The position numbers were made by a program, and so were the translations under genes. The notes beneath the pieces were generated by a model. It was given only the letters and a program-made list of their open reading frames with translations, did no database searches and was not told the DNA's origin. DNA of 64,000 bases from Neophaeotheca triangularis (lineage: Eukaryota). The stretch lies in the NCBI GenBank assembly GCA_054600435.1, contig BAAIJX010000003.1, positions 434,001 through 498,000 on the forward strand, given 5' to 3'. Positions 46,917 to 57,608 of this stretch are shown here, piece after piece (positions within the stretch are counted from its first letter, which is position 1; each line of letters begins with the position of its first letter).

Positions 46917-48474
46917 CTACCAACTACCACCGCCGCCGGCATTAGCAGTCCCCCAACCACCATCGCCACCACCGCTACCACCGACCGCAGCTCCTCCGTC
47001 GTTGTCAAATCCTTCACCACCACCAAGCTCTTCCTCTGGCTTAGGGCACTTCTTATACGAATGACCCATTTCCTCGCAGCGGCTGCACTTAACCCTGGAC
47101 CAGTCGGTAGGCTTAGGGCACTCACGACCGGTATGACCCATCTCGTCGCAGTTGCGGCACTGAACGCGGCTCATGTCCTTGGGCTTGTCGCACTCCTTGG
47201 CGGTGTGACCCTCCTCGTCGCAGTTGCGGCACTTGATAACACGCTCCTTCTCGCACTCGGAAGCCTTGTGGCCCTCCTCGCCGCAGTTGCGGCAAGTCTT
47301 GGGCTCCTTCACCTTGCGGGGTTCGGGGCAATCGCGAGCACGGTGGCCCTCCTCGTTGCACAGAACGCAGGTGATGAGAACCTTTTCGATCTCGCGCTGC
47401 TCCTCGGGGCAATTCTTGCGGACGTGACCGAGCTCTGGGATAGTTTGTTAGCGGCTGAGTGTGTATTGAGTTGCATGGATCACGACTTACCCCTGCAATT
47501 GTCGCAGAGTGGCACTCCACGGTCCATGACGAAGCCGGCCTCCTTCAGACGCTCTGCATTCTCCTCCACGGACTTGGGCCATCCTTCGGCGAACTTCTGG
47601 CGAGTGGGCTTCTGGGAAAGCTGGAAGCTAACGGAGTATCTCATGTCGGGCTCGTTCTGAAGGTTGACGCGCGTGTGGGTGAGAGATACTTCCTGTTCTT
47701 TGGCGATGAGGAAGAAATTGAAGCCGTTCTGGCGGAACCCGTCCTCGAAGTCGGCAATGCTGAACTGAGGGCACAGCTTGGCGTACTGGAGGAAGGCCTG
47801 CGAGAATGTTAGTGCTGGTCAGAAGGGGAAGACTCGCAATCGGCTTACCTCTTTGAAGTCGTCGACATCCTTCTCCTTGTCGGCTTTAGCGAGCTTCTGG
47901 TAGATGTCGTCAGGGGTGACTCCTTCAGGGATCGGGACGGTCAAGGCGGCATGAACGCGGTTGACCTCGCACTCGCTGGCCTTGTGACCTTGCACACCGC
48001 AGCGCCTGCAGGCCTGGGCGGGGGCATCGGGGCAGTCGGCCTTGCGGTGACCTGTGGTAATGTTAGCCAAGATGACACATGCCTTTTGACTATATATTTT
48101 GCTGACTCACCCTCTTTGAAGCAGAAGTTGCAAGTACCAGTGAACTCGCGCTCGACAGTTGGTTTGGTGCACTCGGCCTTGCTGTGTCCCTCCTCGCCGC
48201 AGTTGAAGCATCCAGACGGGCGGTCCTTCTTGTCTGGACAGTCACGCGCGAAGTGAGCGTCGGAGTGGCAGATGCGGCACCCAGAGTCGTCGCCACCACC
48301 AAAACCAGCGTCGCCGTTTTGGGAGGTCGCATCGTTGAAGCCATCGCCAGCGGGAGCGGAGTTGTCGCCGCCCCAGGCAGTGTCACCTGCAGGAGCTGAA
48401 GGCAATGTTAGAGCGATGTTTTGCAAGGTCAGTGAAGTGTGCAACTTACCCGGGGTGTCGTCCCAGCCTGACAT
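46917..48474 (-). CDS. multi-CCHC zinc-knuckle nucleic-acid-binding protein (about 10 knuckles), several introns
   Basis: Repeated C-x2-C-x4-H-x4-C units (CRICHSDAHFARDC, CFNCGEEGHSKAEC, CRNCGEEGHKASEC and others) across exons joined by GT-AG introns. No gag/pol context. Confidence 0.88.
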
Positions 48475-50963
48475 TGTGGGAGTGACGAGGTCGTTTGATG
48501 TGGGTAGTAGGAAGAGGTAGAAGTCTGGACAAAGGTAAGTTAGTGAGAGTGTCCGATTTTTGAGTGTAATTTTCGTCGTTCCGCGACACGAGCTTTTGGT
48601 GGAGTTGCCGCGAGGCGATGCTCAAGGAGCGGGCGGCTTTGAGCAAGTAGTACGCCTTGCGGTTCAGTACAGTCGGGTGGTGGTTGTGCTTACCTTTGGT
48701 ATGGATGGAGTCGTGTGGTAGAAGTAGTCGCCGACTGTCGAGATCGTTGCGTGGGCGGGAGGCAGAAGGAGAGGGAGTTGTAGGAGTGTGAAGCCCAACT
48801 TATGGAAGTTGCAGTGGGAGCGGGAGCACGGGCCCCTGCCGCAACGATAACAACAACAGTCAATGGCAAGAACGGCCGGTCTGAAATTACGAGTGGCTTC
48901 ATCAGACCTCACTTGGGCATGATGGCAATCATCTGACGGTTGGTATCTGGCAAAGAAAAGATATGGATCGCACCCAGGGTCTTTCAGGAAAATAGGGGAA
49001 GCCCGGTGCATCCAACGCCAGTATATTAACGTCTAGGGTTCTGGGCTACGCCCACTGCCTTGTGTATTCGTCGCGGTGATGGTCGGTACGACTAGTACTC
49101 GCTACTGCGAAAGATCCTGGCGAACTCAGTAGACTGATCCTGGGCCTTCGTCACTCGGCGCTCTCGCCAGGCCTGCGTTCACAGAACATCGGATTGCGCC
49201 GCGCCGACTCTACTAGATCGCAATGCAACGGCAGACTCCTATCCTGGAGCGTATGCTCCTCCTCCGCTCTGGAACTCGCCTCGGAGACCCTTCGACGCTG
49301 CGTAGACTTGAACCATGTCCAAGAGGAGTTCCAATACTTCCGACGATCGCCAGCCTCCGATACACGCTTCATCTCGAGCCCGTTGTGCTTCGCTCGCCTT
49401 CCCTGGGACTACGGGAGCTACCAGGCTGCGCTGGAATGCCGTATAAGATAGTTGGGGCAAAATCGTATGGCCGAAAGACTGGCGTCGCACAGTTATTTGA
49501 GGAAGAGAAACGCGAGTGAGATCTCGAATGCGAAGGGCGGGCTTAGCCACACAGTCTGCTGGGTAGAAGCATCTGGTGATCGGTAGCTAGCGTGCCAGGT
49601 GAGGAGATGAGCGCTTGACACCTCACGTCCACTTCATGGGTAGCCGCGGCGGAGCTGAAGGCTTGGAGAGACGCACTGAATGAACCTACGCAGGAAGGAT
49701 GACTGGTCATTTAACGTCACTCTGGTGCCGTTTATACAATCGAGTGATACAGCGGGTCTTGCCAGAGGCTCCCAAAGAGCCGTTTGATTATGCTATAGGA
49801 GAGCTCGTTCGCCTCATGGATGCGGTCCGCCCAAACCCCGGGGCCACCAGCGGATCTAGCAGCATCTCATGCTTGTCTGTATCATACAATATTTTTCTTC
49901 TATTAGCGTTCATCTTTCTCTCTGACTTCTAGTCCTTCGCGTGAACATGTCTGTTTCCGAAGAGATCTACTGCCAGCATCCTCTAGGGTTAGAGTTTGAG
50001 TGCGGTTTTCCTCCTCCGTATCTTCCCACAGGAGCGCCCAGGCGAGTCTTGGGGCAATATACCATCTCCCTGGGTTTTTTCCGTGCCTATAAATGCCCAG
50101 GTGCTCTCGTTTGTATTTATACCGAAGTATCACGTACGGGCATGTTTTACAGCGTACAGCTCCTCAAAGCGAGATTCAAGTTCAGGTCACATAAAGTCCA
50201 GTGTGTCTTGCGTCTCTAGCACGAACATCACTACTTCGTAAATCAAACACCAATTCCTATAAATGCCAAACCCGCCACATGGGCTCGGAATAGGTCGACC
50301 AGCGCCAGGTGTCAATCGTCACGGAGCCATTCGCGCCTCTCACAGATTGTCAACATCACCACGAGCGGCCATGAGCCCCAAAAACGATACGATGGAACCC
50401 GGTCGCACTCTTGTCAATCCCACAGTGCTGGGGGACTAAATTACGACCTCATCATCATTCTGTACATACCTACAAGACTGTTATCAGGCGGTTGACAAGC
50501 GTGACCGAGGTTCAAGAGGCGCAGTTGCCAGAATCTCTTCATCAGACAGCCTTTTCTAGGCAGAGACCATCCACGTTACCCAAAACAACCTCCGCTTTGG
50601 CATTTGGCGACGGGCTCAAGGGTCATCGTTAACGAGGATCAGCTCGGTATGCGTGCAATCCAGCAATAGAACCCAACACTATACCGCCCCAACCATCTAC
50701 CAATGTTACAGGCATCGCTTTGCCAATTGAAACCCGTCCCTGCTCGCACGCCTTGGCCATGTAATTCAAAGGGTAGGATTGAGCGAGAATTCCATGTAAA
50801 GCAAAAAGGTAGAGCCATCGCAATACAGACACACCAATACCTCTTCTCATGGTCATAAGACGACGTATGATCGGATCAATCGCTTTCCGAAGCGGCAGAT
50901 CAAGAAGGGCAAAAACAGGACGCGATGCAATGCAGCAAAACAATCAAAAAGAAATAACACGCA

Positions 50964-51122
50964 TGATTTCCGGCGGGTTCGAACCGCCGACCTTCTGCGC
51001 CCACATTGCTACTGAAGTAGCATGTATGTTAGGCAGACGTGATAACCAACTACTGTAATATTTGTTAGAGACTAGCTCAGAAGTCGAATCTGATATGCGA
51101 GATCACGTACCACCAGGAAACC
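50964..51122 (-). tRNA. tRNA-Val(AAC) with a 58-nt spliceosomal-type intron in the D-stem (51110-51053) and a 27-nt canonical intron after position 37 (51026-51000)
   Basis: Removing both inserts gives GGTTTCC TG GTGT AGTTGGTTA TCAC G TCTGC CTAACAC GCAGA AGGTC GGCGG TTCGAAC CCGCC GGAAATC A, a complete cloverleaf. A T5 terminator lies at 50950-50946. Confidence 0.88.
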
Positions 51123-51960
51123 GTATCAATTGACACACTTAGAAGCCACTTGAAGATAACATCAACGTAGTTGATTAATATATATAGCTCAATTCTGGCC
51201 ATTGGTGCACATTGCACTCAACACAATTTTCCGAGATGGTGAACGCAGGTAGTCCAATCATGTCTAGCGTATCTCTCGGTCTCAATCTGACCACCACACT
51301 TCAATCACAGTCACACATTTTGGCACAGAATGGAGCGACATATTGATACTGACGACAGGCGATATGACGAGACAATTGAGTGTAGTTTAAGAACTCCCCA
51401 GCTACATTATTGCGACTTCGATCGAGCATCTCGACGAGCTGGCCCTGACTTGTCGCACCTAGTTACGGACGAATCCATAGCGGTAAAGGCATTGCTCAGC
51501 ACGCCCCGCAGGAGTCTCGGCCAGTCGGTGCTTCTGATTCTCCAATGACATTCAGCGTAATCGATCTGCCCAACCCTTGAACAGGCCACACAGCCATGGC
51601 CCATTTCAACGAGCTGCCTGGGGTAGTTGAGATTCTCGAACTGTCAAGCCTGGTATCGCTCTTTGGTACGCGGATCACAGGGACGATGTAAAAAAAGCAG
51701 AATAGGATTATTGGAGTCCATTGTCGTTGGGCAAGTTCGAGATTATTAGCCAGTCGGATCAACGTAGCGCCGATGTCGACGAATGAAAGACCGGAAAGCT
51801 CGTGCTCAAACCCCCTTGCTCCCTGATCACCTCCACTACTACCACCGTTGCGTATTGGCGAAAACCTGGACCATCCCATCGTACACCTAAAAGGCCGTGT
51901 TTGACGCCGGGCTAGACCATAAGTACATATACGATTTACCCCCTGCACCACCAACAACCG

Positions 51961-52031
51961 GCATTGGTGGTTTAGTGGTAAAATTAGCCGTTGCCATCGG
52001 CTAGCCCCGGGTTCGATTCCCGGCCGATGCA
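51961..52031 (+). tRNA. tRNA-Gly(GCC), intronless
   Basis: GCATTGG/CCGATGC acceptor stem, AGCCG-TTGCCAT-CGGCT anticodon arm and CCGGG-TTCGATT-CCCGG T arm. Confidence 0.96.
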
Positions 52032-52064
52032 TTCCAATCCTTAGGCGATTGGATTATTTTCCTT

Positions 52065-52163
52065 GGGCGTTTGGTTTAATGGTATAACATCTTCTTAGCA
52101 CTTCCCTTGTTTACAAGGAATGTTAATTGGAGAAGGTCCCCGGTTCGATTCCGGGATCGTCCA
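52065..52163 (+). tRNA. tRNA-Ala(AGC) with 27-nt canonical intron 52101-52127
   Basis: GGGCGTT/ATCGTCC acceptor with G3:U70 Ala identity pair (U6-U67 mismatch), TCTTC/GGAGA anticodon stem, CCCGG-TTCGATT-CCGGG T arm, and a T5 run at about 52179. Confidence 0.92.
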
Positions 52164-52724
52164 CCCATGTTCATTATCTTTTTGCCTTTTCGTTGGTCGA
52201 AAATCAAGTTTTTGTCTTCTCGACTTGACTCTGGGAGTTGGAGATTGTGTCCCATATCTCTTTTGACCCTCACATGTCCTCTGACATCGAATATGCTGTA
52301 GACTGATGGGGAACAATCCGAGTCAACGGATCATGGCGTCGAACGGGGAGCTTCGAAGCCATGAAGAATGTGAAGAGGATGAACAGAGCAGATTGCAATA
52401 GCAAACGATTACGAGGCAAAATGGCTCTAGTTCGCCGTCGGTGGAGATTTCCGCTTGATAACGAGTCACTGGAAGGGCACGCGAAAGGCAGGCAGGTAGC
52501 AGTAGCAGAGGGAGAACGGAAGCATTGATGTGTAGCATTGATCTGTAAAAGTCGTTGATACACCCATCCACGGTCAAGTCATGATACAGTGACCCGTCAT
52601 GCCCAGCCAAACGCCAGGCCGAATCGCTATGCAAGAAAGAAAAGGAAACCGGCCTTAACTAAAATGTGCGAGAGATCGCAGCCTCAATCAACGCCGAAAC
52701 CAACTGATTTTCCCATGCCGTTGC

Positions 52725-55700
52725 TTAGACACCCCTGAAAACCCTCACAACCAAAAACCAACAAGCGCCCAAAAACCTCACGGCACTCAATCCAGCAACG
52801 GAATAAAGCACCACGGCCATGTAAATCGTACTCCGGTCGCTCGTAGCATTATCGTTAACATTCACGCGCTCGAGGCCACCCGCATTCAACACAACAGCGG
52901 CGAGAGCGAGATTACAAAGCATCCAAGCCAACACAACAGCCGAGCGGAAACCCTTGTAATAGTCTTCATGCTTTTCCTGCTGGCTGACGACCTTTTGCGG
53001 CGGCGCGTACTTGGACGCAAACGTCTGGAGCTCGCTCTCGTACTGCGTGTTCAAATCGGCGTCGTCCGTGGGAATGGCGACGTCGACTTTGCCGCCGGGT
53101 TTGAGGTTCGCGGTCGGGAGCTTTTCGGGCTTGTCGTCGCCTTTGGTGCCCCAGGTGATGTCGTGGGTATTGCAGAAGGCGTAGACGTTGAGGACGTTGA
53201 TGTAGGTTGGGGTCAGAAGGAGGTATTGGAAGAAGGATGTGAACATGTGCCAGGGGTCGAGGAAGAGGATCGAGGTGATGAGGTAAAGAAGGTAGGTCGA
53301 GGCCATGGAGATGATGAGGGTGAAGAAGAGTCTGTTGGTGAAGAGCATCTCGAAACTGAAACCACTCGATTCCTCAAGTTGCGCTTGGACGGATTTAACG
53401 GTGATGAAGATTGTGGCGAAGATGAGGTAACTGAGTAACGTGTTAGCAGGTGAATGTCATGGCAAGGGCTGGCTTCGTATGCTTACCACATGAGGATTGC
53501 CCAAAAGTAAACCATGGTCATGTAAAACTTGTTGCTTCCTTGCGGTCGATTGCCGAGAGCCAGTACGAAACAGGTGACCAGAGTCGCCAGATATAGCCAT
53601 TCGAACACCACGCTCAAGACCAGACCAGCTGTACCCATTAAATCGTCCTCGGAGAGGGAGCTTGTCAAGATTCGAAATACCAAAAAGAAGTTGCCGATAC
53701 CAAACCAAGCGAAGAGCATGTTGAAGAATTGGTAGATGAATTCAATGACAAACATGAACTTCCGTATCGCGCTGTGATGCGATCGCCAGATTTGGTAAAA
53801 GTGTGCCAGAGCGTAGATGGCCGCAAAGAACGAGCCGTTCAACCAACGTCGCCTTTGCATGATAAAGTCGGCCATTTCCGTGGGTACATCAGTCTCACCA
53901 TTGGCAGACTTGACGTACTGCAGGATCCAGGAGCAATTCCGCTTGCTGACGAGCTCGAAACATAGAATACGGTCTTCGGCGAGGTACATGTTTGCGGTGA
54001 AAATGCCGGCATTCGCGCCGTGCATCTTCTCACCGGCAAAATACTTCTCCAGCGGGCCTTGGCCAGTCTTGTCGTTTTGCAGCGCCGTGAAGCGGTATGC
54101 TGAGAAAGCACCGGGTAAGACGGAAATAAAACCAAAGGCACTCTCCAGCGGCTTGTCAAGAATGTTGGACATCTTGTACTCAAAGTTCTGCGCAGCGACA
54201 AGCGGGTTGACCAACTTCTTGCCGTGCTCCAGCAGCGCCTTGATCTCTCCGCAGGCGCCTGCGCACATTGGTTCAAGATCAAACGCTTTCCAGAGGTTGT
54301 AAATGCTCGTCCGGCCTGGCTTCGTACCCGCGTCAAGGAGCACGCAGATGTTGGGATCCAGAACCTCACCAAAAGCCTGAAAGAACCATCTATGCGAGTT
54401 GATCTTCTTTTGATTCTTCTCCTTCAGACAGAAGAGCATCTGGATAGGAGTGCTCCCCTTCTTGACCTGCACAACGCCCTTTTTGATGTCCATGGTCATC
54501 TGCGAGGTGTACTCGTAAATATGCGCAGTCACATCCTGCCCGTTGACCTGTTGCTTTGCAATGCCGTCTTGATAGACACCCATGGCTGCCAGCACTGCGC
54601 GTGTCCGTGGGTTGATCTTTGCACGTCCGTCAGACACGACACACACAACAATCTTTTTCCATGCCTCTTTCCCCCAGGTTTTGCTGCTTGTCCGACTGTT
54701 CATGTATTCGATGTTTTTGATGACTCCAATCATTGTCCTCGCAAATAGCTCATCCTCCTCGTTGTACATGGTCACAACAATGAATAGCTCAGTGTGCCTA
54801 GGTTTTGCGAAAAGGCGTTGGCGCAATGTGAAGCGCTTGTCGTAGAACTCGCTTGGATCGCACGTCGCAGCGCTGTATCGCATGTGTGTGAATTCGTCCC
54901 TTTCCGGTGGCTGCGCATGCTGGATCTGATTTAGCAATCTAGGCGGCACCGGACAGTCGAGCACCAAGTTGCCGTTGAACAGCTGAACCTCCTTGACAGT
55001 CTTCCATCTCCTGATCGGCGCAGTCGCCGGCATGGGAGGCGCATCTTCATACCCAGCCTCAAGATCTGACGGCTCTACAGCCGCCTCGACATCGTGTGGG
55101 TCTGGGCCGTAGCTTGTGTCCGGCTGCAATATCGGCCTGCTATCCACTTCATCCTGCCAATACTGGTGGTGCTGGTTGCCAACATCGCCTTGAGGTGTTT
55201 GCGGATACGCGTGGTCCTGTACGCTCGGAGTACCATACGGGTCTTGCACAAAGTACTGATTGGCGTCACCGTGAGGCAGAGGGCTCAAAGAGTATCCGCC
55301 TGCACCCGGGTGCGCAGCTTGCTGGAATGGGTTCGGTGTATACCGGTGGGCATCCTCATATGATTCGTTGTGGCCAAAAGTCCCGGGCAGATTCTCTACT
55401 GAATATGTTGGCTGCGCTTCGAGTCTGTCTCCCGGCGTTCCTGGCCCCGGCCCCGGACCCATGGGGATCTCTAGCGGCTCGTTTCCCATGTAAGGTCTGT
55501 CGTCGAGTTGATAACCCGGAGAGGGTGCGCCAGGCGACGGCAAGGGTCTTCGCCCATGAGCATCTATGAATGGGTTGCGTGGGTCGTTGTAGGCTTCTTC
55601 TTCGTCGCGTGGTGGGCCATAGCCTCCTCCGCCTGTCAGATTGAACGGGGTCAGTAGGGAGACGGCGGGTACGTGAATGGCGCAACGATGGGGCAGCGTG

Positions 55701-55824
55701 AGGAATGTAATGACAGCTCTATGCTATACGAGCTCAAGCGTTGGCAATCACCATGCTCGAGTCCGTTGTCCACCGTCTGTTTACGCATGACCAGCGCATA
55801 CTCACCTAATGGGTTGTAGCTCAT
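52725..55824 (-). CDS. CHS1: chitin synthase, class I type; introns 55805-55633, 53486-53431
   Basis: [64 protein letters not shown] and HDITWGTKG. Class assignment rests on N-terminal features (inference). Confidence 0.93.
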
Positions 55825-56233
55825 GTTGCCAATACTAGCAGCCTAATGGCTGTTTGCGGCCTCTACTACTAACAAGCAACCTCTTTCGCTGTAGCTGTGG
55901 GGCTCGTTGGTTTCTTCTCCAGTCGATGTGTATGGTTGCCGACTTTTGCAAGCGAATGTAGTGGTAGGAAGTGTTGTTGAATATCAATGTCGTGGTAGTG
56001 ATGATTGTTTGGTTCGACAAAAGTTGAAGGCTGCACTGTTTACAGCTGAAGCGGGACCCCTCGCAACAGCTCAGATGCGCTGACGAAGTTAATCTGGCCA
56101 GGGCAGCAAGCGATAACAAACGACTTCCCGGCACGTAACGTACGTATTCAAACGAGAGAAATGTGACAAGTAGTAGAAAAAGTCAAGTGATTGCGACACA
56201 AGGCTTCCATGAACATGAACATGAGTATCTTTG

Positions 56234-56264
56234 TTATTATTATTGTTATCATTATTATTATTAT
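56234..56264. repeat. imperfect (TAT)n microsatellite
   Basis: ttattattattgttatcattattattattat upstream of the chitin synthase gene. Confidence 0.8.
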
Positions 56265-57080
56265 GTACCGGGCGAGGGCCAAGAGTGGGAAGACGCTTCT
56301 ACCAGCTCCCAGTGGCAGCACAGCCTTCGCGACGACGACGCCTCATCATCTGACCTGACCATCATCCGAAACGCGCGCCCTCTCATGGTCGTTACCCAAG
56401 GTTGCCTTGCCCCTTCATGCATTAGGTACTCAGGTATGTACTCTGCTAGTAGTCTACTCGGATTCTACTTGTGCTCTTTCACAATAGGGTGTCACATGGT
56501 CATGAGACGAGGTCCATATGACTTTCCAAGGCCATCGAACCAAGACAGCGAACATAACAATCTTTCGTGTTTCGCCATCACTACTAGGAGGTACTTACCC
56601 AAGACTGGTAGTATCTGAAACCGCGTCAACTCGGTCTCTTTCCCGAGCAGATATCGCTTGGCAGATCGGCTCCGCCCAGGGCAGAGCGATAAATGTCATA
56701 TGCCAGGAATAGCAGCAACGCCTATAGATACCTTACCTAGGTACCTTAGGTAGTCACACAGCGAACTGCTCCGCCTTGATCCGCCCTCGAATAACTTCAG
56801 CTCTTGTTGGAAGCGAGACGGCCAAACTATAGCAGAGACTCCCTGCCGTTCCTCCTCGAATGCGTGAAACTCTATTGTGTTACCGATAATGCGATTATCA
56901 GGCAGAATATTGCTTCTTGGCCAAATCCGCTATCGGCGGTGACGCAGGTAGGATTCTCTCGTTCACCTCTCTCTTCTAACATTTCCGTCTTCACCACAAT
57001 CACGACCACTGTCCTTGTTCAACACCCTCCAAGCCAGGCGTAAACAATTCCCCAACCTCGAAAGCCAAATTACTCCAACC

Positions 57081-57608
57081 ATGGCGCCCCCCGCAACCAA
57101 CAACCAAGTCTCCATCCTCTTCGTCTGCCTCGGCAACATCTGCCGCTCCCCCATGGCCGAAGGGACCTTCCAAGCACTCCTCGAAGCCCACCCCCACCCG
57201 CAAATCACCCACATCGACTCCTGCGGCACAGGCGCCTACCACGTCGGCGACCCGCCCGACCCCCGCACTCTCAAAGTTCTCCGCGATAACAACATCACGA
57301 CTTACAAGCACGCCGCGCGGAAATTGCGAGCTCCCGAGGATTTCAAGGCTTTTGATTATGTGCTGGGTATGGATGAGAGTAACGCGGAGGATTTGCTGGA
57401 AGTGCGGGACAGGTGTGTCAAGAGGGGGGTGTTGAAGGAGGAGGAATGTGCGGTTGTTGGGCTTTATGGGAGTGTGGCTGGGTATGAGGGTGAGGTTGTG
57501 GGGGATCCTTACTATGGTGGAGCGAAGGGGTTTACAAAGGCCTATGAGCAGTTGACGAGGTTTGGGAAAGGGTTGATGAAGAGGATTGAGGAGGGGAAGG
57601 CCGAGTGA
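57081..57608 (+). CDS. LTP1: low-molecular-weight phosphotyrosine protein phosphatase
   Basis: VCLGNICRSPMAE P-loop, IDSCGTG-YH, FDYVLGMD and DPYYGG. Confidence 0.93.
   Translation: MAPPATNNQVSILFVCLGNICRSPMAEGTFQALLEAHPHPQITHIDSCGTGAYHVGDPPDPRTLKVLRDNNITTYKHAARKLRAPEDFKAFDYVLGMDESNAEDLLEVRDRCVKRGVLKEEECAVVGLYGSVAGYEGEVVGDPYYGGAKGFTKAYEQLTRFGKGLMKRIEEGKAE

Noticed and set aside
46917..48474. CCHC knuckles as a retrotransposon gag
   Set aside because: Intron-containing cellular gene with no LTR, protease, RT or integrase nearby.
48878..48915. CTGATGA on the minus strand suggesting a hammerhead ribozyme
   Set aside because: No stem II followed by GAAA and no stem I/III arrangement.
49151..50240. 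Short ORFs upstream of the CCHC gene
   Set aside because: No family motif or convincing splice structure.
51496..52032. 178-aa minus ORF, plus small ORFs at 50849-51058 and 52076-52316
   Set aside because: They overlap tRNA genes and have no coding signature.
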